From positions 22,294 to 86,293 of the forward strand of contig CACOQX010000002.1 of NCBI GenBank assembly GCA_902629465.1: a DNA stretch of 64,000 nt, read 5' to 3'. The stretch's first letter is position 1; each line of letters begins with the position of its first letter. A program made the position numbers and the translations under genes. The notes below the pieces were generated by a model. That model saw nothing but the letters and a program-made list of their open reading frames with translations, was not told the DNA's origin and made no database searches. The stretch comes from an uncultured SAR86 cluster bacterium. GTDB lineage: Bacteria > Pseudomonadota > Gammaproteobacteria > Magnimaribacterales > AG-339-G14. Positions 8,982 through 16,746 of the stretch are shown one piece after another.

Positions 8982-10121
8982 ATGATGAATTCAAGAATTT
9001 GCGAAATGTTAGATATAGAGTTTCCTTTGGTGGCATTTACGCATTGCAGAGATGTTGTAGTAGCAGTTTCCAAAGCAGGAGGTTGTGGAGTCTTAGGTGC
9101 AGTTGGAATGTCTCCAGAACAATTGGAAAAAGAATTGAAGTGGATTGACGAGCATATTGATGGAAAACCATATGGAGTAGATGTATTGATTCCAAACAAA
9201 ATGGTTGGAAAAGATGAAAAGTTTGATGCTGACAAGCTTGCAAAAATGATTCCTCAAGAATATGCAGATTTCAGAACAGATGTTTTGGAAAATCACGGTA
9301 TTGATGCTCCAGAATTAAGAGAAATAGATACTGGCGGATCAGGCTTCGCTCAAAATACACAATCTGATGGAGCAAAAGCCCTTCTGGACGTTGCCTTTAA
9401 ACATCCAATTAAAATCATTGCAAATGCACTTGGCGTTCCTCCAGACTGGATGATTCAAATGGGTAAAGATAACGATTGTAAAGTTGCAGCATTATTAGGA
9501 ACCGCAGAACATGCAATTAACCAAGTTAAAGCTGGAGTCGATATTTTAGTCGTTTCTGGAACTGAGGCAGGAGGACATTGTGGAAGTGTCTCTACCATGG
9601 TTTTAATTCCAGAGGTTTACCAAGCTATTCAACCTTACGGTGATGTTCCAATTTTAGCTGCTGGTGGAATTGTAACTGGTAAGCAAATGGCGGCAGCCAT
9701 GGCAATGGGAGCTTCAGGAGCTTGGTGCGGTTCAGTTTGGCTAACTACAATTGAGTCAGAAGTAGAGCCGGTAATTAAAGAAAAAATGGTTGCGGCAAAT
9801 TCAAGCCAAACGGTTAGGTCAAGAAGTAGAACTGGCAAACATTCTAGACAATTAGTTACTCCATGGACCCAAGCTTGGGAGGCAGAAAGTGCTCCGGAAC
9901 CCCTACCAATGCCGTTACAACCTATGGTCGCAGAGCCAGCTTTGCAAAAAGTTAATAAGTTAGCTGCTGGAGGTCATGAAGGAGCAAAAGATCTTGCAAC
10001 TTATTGGGTAGGACAGGGCGTTGGTCTTATGAACCAAAGTATCTCGGCAAGTGACGTCGTGCAAGAGTTCAAAGAAGATTTTGTTAACGCTTACGAGAGA
10101 TTGAATAATTTTATAAGTTAA
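8982..10121 (+). CDS. Nitronate monooxygenase (NMO) family FMN oxidoreductase
   Basis: 379 aa; DILVVSGTEAGGHCG and PILAAGGIVTG motifs of the NMO/2-nitropropane dioxygenase family. Confidence 0.8.
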   Translation: MMNSRICEMLDIEFPLVAFTHCRDVVVAVSKAGGCGVLGAVGMSPEQLEKELKWIDEHIDGKPYGVDVLIPNKMVGKDEKFDADKLAKMIPQEYADFRTDVLENHGIDAPELREIDTGGSGFAQNTQSDGAKALLDVAFKHPIKIIANALGVPPDWMIQMGKDNDCKVAALLGTAEHAINQVKAGVDILVVSGTEAGGHCGSVSTMVLIPEVYQAIQPYGDVPILAAGGIVTGKQMAAAMAMGASGAWCGSVWLTTIESEVEPVIKEKMVAANSSQTVRSRSRTGKHSRQLVTPWTQAWEAESAPEPLPMPLQPMVAEPALQKVNKLAAGGHEGAKDLATYWVGQGVGLMNQSISASDVVQEFKEDFVNAYERLNNFIS

Positions 10122-10123
10122 AC

Positions 10124-10588
10124 TTATTTAATTTTAGAAATCTCTTCGCCAAGTTGTTCTGCAACTCTATCAAAACCTATTAGGTTGCTTCGGAAATCTT
10201 TAGTGAATGGCTCTAAAGATTTCTTGAGTTTAGAATTTGCATTTCCTAAAACCTGAAAATTGCTAATTGAAAAGTTTTTGACAAACTCTTCTTCCCATTT
10301 ACTTCCAAGAAAATTATTCATATGAATCAAGGCTGCTTCGTTATTTGGATAGATTTCTAAAAGAAAAACTTTGTTTTCTTTCTTTGAAAAGTGATATTGA
10401 TAAACAAGAGTTTGAGGTTCTTTATTTTCAACATTTTGAGTAATCCTTGAAACAAAATTTCTCGCATTCTTTTTTTTACCGTCGACTATTTCTAAATCAA
10501 TAGCAAAAACTATTACATCTAATTTTTCATGATGCATACCAAAAATAGAAGCGGATGTAATGACTATAAGTAATGCAAGATATTTCAT
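10124..10588 (-). CDS. Exported hypothetical protein with ABM-like core
   Basis: 154 aa. N-terminal MKYLALLIVITSASIFG looks like a signal peptide. The remainder (..VFAIDLEIVDGKK..F..........EP.TLVYQYH.......FLLEIYPNNEAALIHM) resembles an ABM/Dabb fold. No firm family assignment. Confidence 0.45.
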   Translation of the reverse strand: MKYLALLIVITSASIFGMHHEKLDVIVFAIDLEIVDGKKKNARNFVSRITQNVENKEPQTLVYQYHFSKKENKVFLLEIYPNNEAALIHMNNFLGSKWEEEFVKNFSISNFQVLGNANSKLKKSLEPFTKDFRSNLIGFDRVAEQLGEEISKIK

Positions 10589-10604
10589 GAAAATCTCCTA
10601 TAAA

Positions 10605-11363
10605 TTAATGGTTCCACCAAGCTTGGTCTGAAAAAGCTCTAATATCGATTTCATGAGTCCAAGTTGATTTGGTTTGTTGTGCTAAGAAAAGGTAAGTATC
10701 AGCAACATTCTCAGGCAATATCATGCCATCAGCACCTTTTTGCTTTTTAAATTTTTCAAATAAGTCAGAGCCTAACATCTTGCCAAGAGTATCAGGAGCA
10801 TCTACCGCGCCGTCAATAATGACATGGGCAACGTGAATGCCTTCTTTTGCAAACTCAGCATTCAAAGACTGGCATAGCATTCTTCTGCCGCCCATTGCTG
10901 CTGCATGAGAATGTTGTCCTTTATTACCTCTAACTGCAGAGGTAGCAGAGGTCACAATGATATTTCCTCCCTGTCTTTGTTTCATTTTTGGAGTTAAAAC
11001 TTGAGCAAGTCTAAATAAGCCAAACGTTGCCATACGCCAACCCATCTCAAACGCTTTATAACTGGTTTCGGCTAAAGCACGATCGCCTATTTGAGCACCG
11101 ATGTTATAAATAACAGTATCAATAGCCCCAATATCTGATTCAATTTTATTGACTAAATCTTCTATTGAGTTTTCTTCGATAACATTGAGTAATGAACCAG
11201 ATGCTTTTCCGCCAGAATCAGTAATTTCATTTATTAACCTATTAAGACCTTCTTCATCTGTCCTTCTCGCAAGATATGCGTGGTATCCTTCTTTCGCAAA
11301 TCTCTTTGCTACTGTTCCACCAATACCTGCTCCAGCTCCTATTACTAAACAAACTTTTTCCAT
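10605..11363 (-). CDS. SDR family oxidoreductase
   Basis: 252 aa; N-terminal VIGAGAGIGGTVAKRFAKEG dinucleotide-binding motif. Confidence 0.8.
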   Translation of the reverse strand: MEKVCLVIGAGAGIGGTVAKRFAKEGYHAYLARRTDEEGLNRLINEITDSGGKASGSLLNVIEENSIEDLVNKIESDIGAIDTVIYNIGAQIGDRALAETSYKAFEMGWRMATFGLFRLAQVLTPKMKQRQGGNIIVTSATSAVRGNKGQHSHAAAMGGRRMLCQSLNAEFAKEGIHVAHVIIDGAVDAPDTLGKMLGSDLFEKFKKQKGADGMILPENVADTYLFLAQQTKSTWTHEIDIRAFSDQAWWNH

Positions 11364-11365
11364 GT

Positions 11366-12412
11366 TTAGTCATGCCTCAAAGAAACTAATCCTAAAAGTT
11401 CTCCATTTTTCATTTCTTCGAGTGTTTTATTAGCCTCAGAAACATTTCTAGATTCGACTTCAACAGGTTCAATTTTTCCAGCTGCTACTAATTTCATTAA
11501 TTCTTCCATTTCACCAAGACTGCCTACATAAGAACCCAAAATCTTTCTTTCAGTCAAAGTAAGAAGGGGAAGAGGAATAGTTATTTGTCCTCCAAATAAT
11601 CCCACAACTACAATTGTTCCTCCTTTAGCAAGACACTGATATCCAAGATTTACAGATTGTTCTGCTCCAACAAAATCAACTATTGCGTTTGCACCCCCGT
11701 TTGTAACTTCCATAAGTTTTTCGGAGGCTCCATCTTTTGAAGAATTTATTATTTCTGAAGCACCTAAATCTTTTGCTACTTTTAATTTTTCGTCATCAAT
11801 GTCAATGACTATTGGATTTATACCATATGCAGCTCTCGCTATTTTTAAGGCTAAAAGTCCCAATCCACCTGCACTTACAATTACTAGAGAATTATCTTTA
11901 GAAAAAGGACCAGCTTTTTTTAGAGCACTAAATGCAGTTAATCCTCTGCAGGCATAACTTCCTGCCAAGCTATCTGGAGTATCGCCAGCACTAAAAAGAT
12001 ACTGTTCTCCTGGCACTAAGACATGATCACCATATCCACCGCTAACATTAATTCCCAAATTAGAATTGTTTAAACAGTAGTGTGTCTTATCTGAATTACA
12101 TAATTCACAATCTCCACAACCAATCCAAGGATAAGCAACATATCTCTCTCCAACATTTACAGAAGAAACTTCTTCCCCTTTTGCAACTACTTCTCCAAAA
12201 ATTTCATGGCCCATAGTTAGAGGTTCAGCTAAAGGCATTGGCAACTTCATATCACCACCCAAATCAAAATAACCATCGTGAATATGAACATCTGAATGGC
12301 AAACACCGCAAGATACTGTCTTAAGTAAAATTTCTTTCCCTTTTGGAACAGGTGTTTCCAATTCTTTTTTTTCTAATGGCTTTCCATTTTCAATTACTTG
12401 ATAAGCTTTCAT
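11366..12412 (-). CDS. Zinc-dependent alcohol dehydrogenase (MDR family)
   Basis: GVCHSDVHIHDG catalytic-zinc motif, structural Cys cluster CGDCELCNSDKTHYC, and Rossmann VSAGGLGLLA. ATG at 12412 has GGAGA 7 nt upstream; the track start at 12430 is probably an extension. Confidence 0.88.
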   Translation of the reverse strand: MKAYQVIENGKPLEKKELETPVPKGKEILLKTVSCGVCHSDVHIHDGYFDLGGDMKLPMPLAEPLTMGHEIFGEVVAKGEEVSSVNVGERYVAYPWIGCGDCELCNSDKTHYCLNNSNLGINVSGGYGDHVLVPGEQYLFSAGDTPDSLAGSYACRGLTAFSALKKAGPFSKDNSLVIVSAGGLGLLALKIARAAYGINPIVIDIDDEKLKVAKDLGASEIINSSKDGASEKLMEVTNGGANAIVDFVGAEQSVNLGYQCLAKGGTIVVVGLFGGQITIPLPLLTLTERKILGSYVGSLGEMEELMKLVAAGKIEPVEVESRNVSEANKTLEEMKNGELLGLVSLRHD

Positions 12413-12514
12413 AATGTTTCTCCAATACAAAATCTAATCACATATAATAGCTAGGTGGAAGCCCTTTTTAAAAGAGTTTAAGCGTTTTGACACCAATATA
12501 TTCATATGTTACCC

Positions 12515-12531
12515 AGCACTATTTTAGTGCA
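12515..12531. promoter_or_regulatory. Perfect 6-3-6 palindrome aGCACTA-TTT-TAGTGCa, an NtrC (NR-I) operator-like site
   Basis: Read directly from the sequence. Lies in the divergent ADH / TonB-receptor intergenic region. Same architecture as the TGCACCA-N3-TGGTGCA NtrC consensus. The 13-mer GCACTATTTTAGT recurs at 30636..30648 upstream of glnII. Confidence 0.4.
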
Positions 12532-12557
12532 CAAATCATCTTTCTTTTTGATAGAAT
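12528..12557 (+). promoter_or_regulatory. Candidate sigma-70 extended -10 promoter for the TonB-dependent receptor
   Basis: TGaTAGAAT at 12549..12557 with TGCACA (4/6 to TTGACA) 17-18 nt upstream, about 50 nt before the ATG at 12608. The -35 overlaps the palindrome. Confidence 0.3.
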
Positions 12558-12569
12558 CCACCTTTTAGC

Positions 12570-12592
12570 GCGACTTCTTGTCGCTGTTTTTT
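12570..12592 (+). promoter_or_regulatory. Leader stem-loop GCGAC-TTCTT-GTCGC followed by T-run (terminator-like)
   Basis: 5-bp GC stem, 5-nt loop, then TGTTTTTT. Located between the candidate promoter and the RBS (GGGGGA 12599..12604) of the receptor gene. Confidence 0.3.
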
Positions 12593-12607
12593 AACTACGG
12601 GGGAATA

Positions 12608-15367
12608 ATGTTTAAATCCTTTTTGAAATATGCGGTTACTGTATCGCTTTTATTGACCTCTACTGTTTCTTTAGCTCAAGCAGCCTTGGAAGAAATGGTA
12701 GTTACTTCTCAAAAAAGAGAACAAAATTTATTAGACGTACCTTCTGCATTACAAGCTTTTTCAGGTGATATGCTTGAAGATGCTGGAGTGAGAGATACAA
12801 ACGATCTTACTAGATTAGTACCTGACATGATGATGTCTGGAGAAGATGTAGGACGAGCAAATATTTGGTTAAGAGGAATCGGTTCAACTGCCTTTGATAC
12901 TGGTTCAGAAAGTTCTAATGCTCTTTTTGTCGATGAAATATTCATGTCCAGAGCTCAGTCAGTTATGACTGGTTTAGTCGATTTAGAACGAATCGAAGTT
13001 TTAAAAGGTCCTCAAGGTACTTTATATGGAAGAAATGCTCTTGGCGGTGCGATAAGTATTTATTACAAAAAACCGACAAGTGAATTTGAACAAAAGCTTA
13101 AAGCTGGTTTAGGAGATTCAGGTTATGAATCACTAAGTTACATGGTTTCTGGAGAGCTAGGAGATAACCTTTACGGAAGAATGATTCTTGGTTACCAAGA
13201 TGTTGAAGGTGCTCATAAAGAGACATCTCGAGGTGATGATGATGGTCCAGAGAATCAAAACTTAAGATTTTCACTGTTTGGAGAAGGAGATAATTATGAA
13301 TGGTCTTTTACTGCAGATTATTCAAAGTCGGATGTTGGCGAACTAGTTTCCGAAGCAAAAATTTGTGAAGATGCGGTGACTGCTTGCAACGCGTCTCAAT
13401 ACAATTTAATCAAAGCTAGTCCTTCTGCAGCAGCATTGGGAATAGATATTTTTCAAACAAACCTTGCAGGTGCTGCAGCATATGCTTCCGATGCAGCAGG
13501 TATTGCATCCTTGAGAGCAGACAAATATTCTGCTGCAAGTGACTTGGATACTTTTGCTGTTAATGAAGACAACTTAATTTCTGCAAAAGTAAAATTATTC
13601 AGAGATGATTATGATCTAACTATTATTGCTGCAACTAATCAAAACCAGGGTGAAGAAAGAAGAGATTTTGATGCAACTGCAGCTAAGTCTTTTACTCAAT
13701 CATCTTATCAAAAAACTAATCAATCAAGTTTTGAATTAAGATGGAATTCTAAACCTGAAGATCAGATTCAATGGGTTGCTGGTATTTACTCTTTTCTTGA
13801 TTATGGTGACAGATTTGATGGATTCAAAACAGGTCCAGAAGGTTTGTTCAATCAAGGTGCTGCAGCGGCTGTTGCAGTAGCGGATGGAGGATTATTTCAA
13901 GCGGCTTCTTTAGTAAATGTTGGAGCATTACAAGCGGGTGCTTACGCAGGGCCAGCAGCTTCAAAAGCTTTGCTTGCAAAAACTTGGTCGATTGCTACGG
14001 CTCAAGATTATGACAATTGGGGAACAGCTAATCTTGATTTAAGAATAAACAACAAATCTTCTGCTGCCTTTGGTCAGGTAACAATTCCAATGGCTGATCA
14101 GTGGAATATAACTTTAGGCGCGAGATATAGCTACGATGTTAAAGGCATGACGTACATTACAAGTTCAAATTCGGTAGGAATACCTTCCCAATTAGTGGTA
14201 CCAAACTGTACAAATGCTGCTATCACAGACTGTGATTCGCTATTACCAGGCAACCAAACTTTTAATGCTGCAGATCCAGCTACATGGTACACAACTTCTT
14301 TAGATGTAGCTCAAAAAGCAGTTGTAGATGGCGCAATAGCTGCAGCAGGAGCTGCTGCTGCTTTAGTTCCTGAATTTGCTGCTATAAGCGCTGCAGATAC
14401 GGCTGGAAATGCTGATTACCGAGCAGCTTTCGCTAAAGCTGTGGAATTGCAAGGAGTAGGTATTGCTCCTATTGCTTCTGTGGCAAATGTATTTGAGGTT
14501 AATAAGAAGGCAAGTTGGTCCTCAACAGATCCTAAATTGACAATTGATTACAAACCAAATGATAACAGCATGCTTTGGTTTACGGTTGCAACTGGTTACA
14601 AAGGCGGTGGTTGGCAGTTTGCTAATTACTTTAGAGACTTAGTTGAACAGGGATTTGACCCAGAAGAGCTAGAAATGTACGAAATTGGTTACAAAGGTTC
14701 ATTTCTTAATGACTCCCTTCGTTTTAGTGCTGCTGCTTATACATACGATTGGACCGATAAACAGTTAATCAAAGTTAAAGTTGTTCAAGGCTTGCCATTA
14801 GGGATTAAACAAAATGCCGGTGCTTCTACGATTAACGGATTAGATTTAAATTTAACTGCAAGAGTTTCTCAAGGAACAACTCTAAACTTTAATTATGCTT
14901 ACATCGATGCTCAATATGACGATTATTGTGATGACTCTAGAGATTGGAGAGAAGTCCATGGAACTTTTACTGATTGTAGTGCTACAGCAGTAGGTTCTTA
15001 TCAGAGAGCAGGAGGTAAAATGCCTTGGACTCCTGAACAGGCGATGATTTTTTCTTTTGAGCACGTTGAACCCTCTAGAATAGGTGATGTCATTATTAGT
15101 GGAAGTTATTCTTATAAATCTGATATCGCTTTAGGTGACGAACGTGTCGAAGGACTAACTTTGAACGATACTATTGAAAGATTGAACTTTTCAACTGCAA
15201 TAGAATTTAATAATGGAACCACGCTTAGAGGGTTTTGTACTAATTGTCTAGACGAGAAAGATGATCTTGCTTTCGCTTTGATTTATCCTCAAAGTCAAGG
15301 AGGAGGAGCTAGGGTTAAGTACTATCCAGGTGTTAGAGCAGGATTAGAAGTCATACATAGATTCTAA
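12608..15367 (+). CDS. TonB-dependent outer membrane receptor
   Basis: Signal peptide MFKSFLKYAVTVSLLLTSTVSLAQA. Plug motifs LEEMVVTSQKREQNLLDVPSALQAF and IEVLKGPQGTLYGRNALGGAISI. Barrel ends ..GLEVIHRF (terminal Phe). The track start at 12578 is a TTG extension; ATG at 12608 has a good RBS. Confidence 0.93.
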   Translation: MFKSFLKYAVTVSLLLTSTVSLAQAALEEMVVTSQKREQNLLDVPSALQAFSGDMLEDAGVRDTNDLTRLVPDMMMSGEDVGRANIWLRGIGSTAFDTGSESSNALFVDEIFMSRAQSVMTGLVDLERIEVLKGPQGTLYGRNALGGAISIYYKKPTSEFEQKLKAGLGDSGYESLSYMVSGELGDNLYGRMILGYQDVEGAHKETSRGDDDGPENQNLRFSLFGEGDNYEWSFTADYSKSDVGELVSEAKICEDAVTACNASQYNLIKASPSAAALGIDIFQTNLAGAAAYASDAAGIASLRADKYSAASDLDTFAVNEDNLISAKVKLFRDDYDLTIIAATNQNQGEERRDFDATAAKSFTQSSYQKTNQSSFELRWNSKPEDQIQWVAGIYSFLDYGDRFDGFKTGPEGLFNQGAAAAVAVADGGLFQAASLVNVGALQAGAYAGPAASKALLAKTWSIATAQDYDNWGTANLDLRINNKSSAAFGQVTIPMADQWNITLGARYSYDVKGMTYITSSNSVGIPSQLVVPNCTNAAITDCDSLLPGNQTFNAADPATWYTTSLDVAQKAVVDGAIAAAGAAAALVPEFAAISAADTAGNADYRAAFAKAVELQGVGIAPIASVANVFEVNKKASWSSTDPKLTIDYKPNDNSMLWFTVATGYKGGGWQFANYFRDLVEQGFDPEELEMYEIGYKGSFLNDSLRFSAAAYTYDWTDKQLIKVKVVQGLPLGIKQNAGASTINGLDLNLTARVSQGTTLNFNYAYIDAQYDDYCDDSRDWREVHGTFTDCSATAVGSYQRAGGKMPWTPEQAMIFSFEHVEPSRIGDVIISGSYSYKSDIALGDERVEGLTLNDTIERLNFSTAIEFNNGTTLRGFCTNCLDEKDDLAFALIYPQSQGGGARVKYYPGVRAGLEVIHRF

Positions 15368-15380
15368 TTTGTTTCTTTTT

Positions 15381-15408
15381 AAAAAGGCGCCTTAGGGCGC
15401 CTTTTTTT
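15381..15408. terminator. Bidirectional rho-independent terminator
   Basis: AAAAAGGCGCC-TTAG-GGCGCCTTTTTTT, a perfect GC-rich stem flanked by A-run and T-run. Lies between the convergent receptor and P450 genes and overlaps the P450 stop codon. Confidence 0.9.
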
Positions 15409-16729
15409 AACTAACCTTCAAATTTAAATGGTCGAAACCTCTGAATATTAAATTTTTTCCCCATAAAGGTTTTTGGTCCAAGAGTTCTAAATGAGCAAAT
15501 CTTTCAAAAAGAGTTTCAAAAGCAATTCTCGATTCAATTCTAGCTAAGCTAGCGCCAATACACATATGCGGACCATAACCAAAGGATATGTGCTTTATGT
15601 CATCTCTTAAAATATCGAATTCGTCAGGATTCGCATTAGCATCAGGATCTCTATTTGCTCCAGCAATGCTTACGGCAAATGCCGTACCTCTTTTGTAAGA
15701 CTTTGTGTTATAAATCATATCGTTTTCGGCAAACCTCACAGTAGCATGCACAGGAGGTTCGTATCTCAACATCTCTTCAATGGCATTAGGAATCAATTCT
15801 TGGTTTTCTTTAAGATGAGCCATTTGGTCACGGTGATTAAAAAGGGTGTAAATACCATTACCAATCAAGCGAGTTGTAGTTTCGTGGCCGGCAATTAAAA
15901 GTAACAAACAAGTACCGTACATTTCTTTAATGTTCAATTTATCTCCTTCTTCTTCTGCTTGGATTAATTTGCCAATAAAGTCATCTCCGGGAGCATCTTT
16001 TCTTTTTAAAATTATCTCTTCAAAGTAATGAATCAAAGCCTCATAAGCATCCCCAGATTTTTTTATATCTTCTTTTGAAGTACCGATTCCTCCTACTCCT
16101 AGCAATAGATCTTCTGACCATGCTTGAAATTGATTCAAATCTTTATCTGGTAAACCCATCATCTTCGCAATTACTATTGCTGGAAGAGGTTTTGCTAAAT
16201 CTTCTATTAAGTCGAAGGATTCTTGATTATGAATTTTGTCTAAACAATCGTCTACGACTTGCTTAATTTCTGGTTCTAAGGAAGTGATGTACCTGTTGGT
16301 AAATCCATACTGGACGAGCTTCCTAATTCTTGAATGATCAGGCGGATCTAGTTTTAACATACTGGGATTTTCAAATTGTTCTAGCATAATTTCGCGACCA
16401 GCTTTTTTAAACTCCTTTCTACGTCTTTCAGCAATCGGATATTTTCTGTCATCAACACTGAATCTCTTGTCCCTTAACATTTCTTGAGCAAACTCCATTT
16501 TTGTAACCCAATGCAGTCTGGTTGTCTGAGAAAATAAAATGGGTTTATGCATTCTCATTGAGTTATAGGTTTTGTAGGGGTCGTCTACAAAATCGTCGGC
16601 TAAAAAATCCAATACCACACCTTTATTGATTAGTTTCTCAAAGCCCACTAAAGCCTTATAAGCACTCATCAAAAGAAAACTTTTTAATTTTGAAAATATT
16701 TTATTCATCAGATATTTGTAAATTTTCAT
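15407..16729 (-). CDS. Cytochrome P450
   Basis: I-helix LLLIAGHETTT, ExxR EEMLRYEPP, and heme-Cys loop FGYGPHMCIGASLA. The track ORF (to 16861) overlaps the upstream gene by 115 nt. Realistic starts are ATG 16729, 16708 or 16669; none has a clear SD. Confidence 0.9.
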   Translation of the reverse strand: MKIYKYLMNKIFSKLKSFLLMSAYKALVGFEKLINKGVVLDFLADDFVDDPYKTYNSMRMHKPILFSQTTRLHWVTKMEFAQEMLRDKRFSVDDRKYPIAERRRKEFKKAGREIMLEQFENPSMLKLDPPDHSRIRKLVQYGFTNRYITSLEPEIKQVVDDCLDKIHNQESFDLIEDLAKPLPAIVIAKMMGLPDKDLNQFQAWSEDLLLGVGGIGTSKEDIKKSGDAYEALIHYFEEIILKRKDAPGDDFIGKLIQAEEEGDKLNIKEMYGTCLLLLIAGHETTTRLIGNGIYTLFNHRDQMAHLKENQELIPNAIEEMLRYEPPVHATVRFAENDMIYNTKSYKRGTAFAVSIAGANRDPDANANPDEFDILRDDIKHISFGYGPHMCIGASLARIESRIAFETLFERFAHLELLDQKPLWGKNLIFRGFDHLNLKVS

Positions 16730-16746
16730 ACAGGGAAATAAATATT

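Noticed and set aside
8960-9838. Antisense ORFs (91, 68, 67 and 67 aa) opposite the NMO-family gene.
   Set aside because: They are short, overlapping in different frames, have no signal of homology or RBS, and lie fully inside a well-supported CDS.
12480-12495. Sigma-54-like element TGGTGT-CAAAA-CGCTT on the minus strand, facing the ADH operon.
   Set aside because: The GG-to-GC spacing is one nucleotide short of the strict -24/-12 geometry, and the -12 region is CGC rather than TTGC.
12431-12607. Possible riboswitch (cobalamin or TPP) ahead of the TonB-dependent receptor.
   Set aside because: The leader is far too short, and I could not find a B12 box or the CUGAGA/ACCUGA TPP core. Only a small hairpin is present, which is reported separately.
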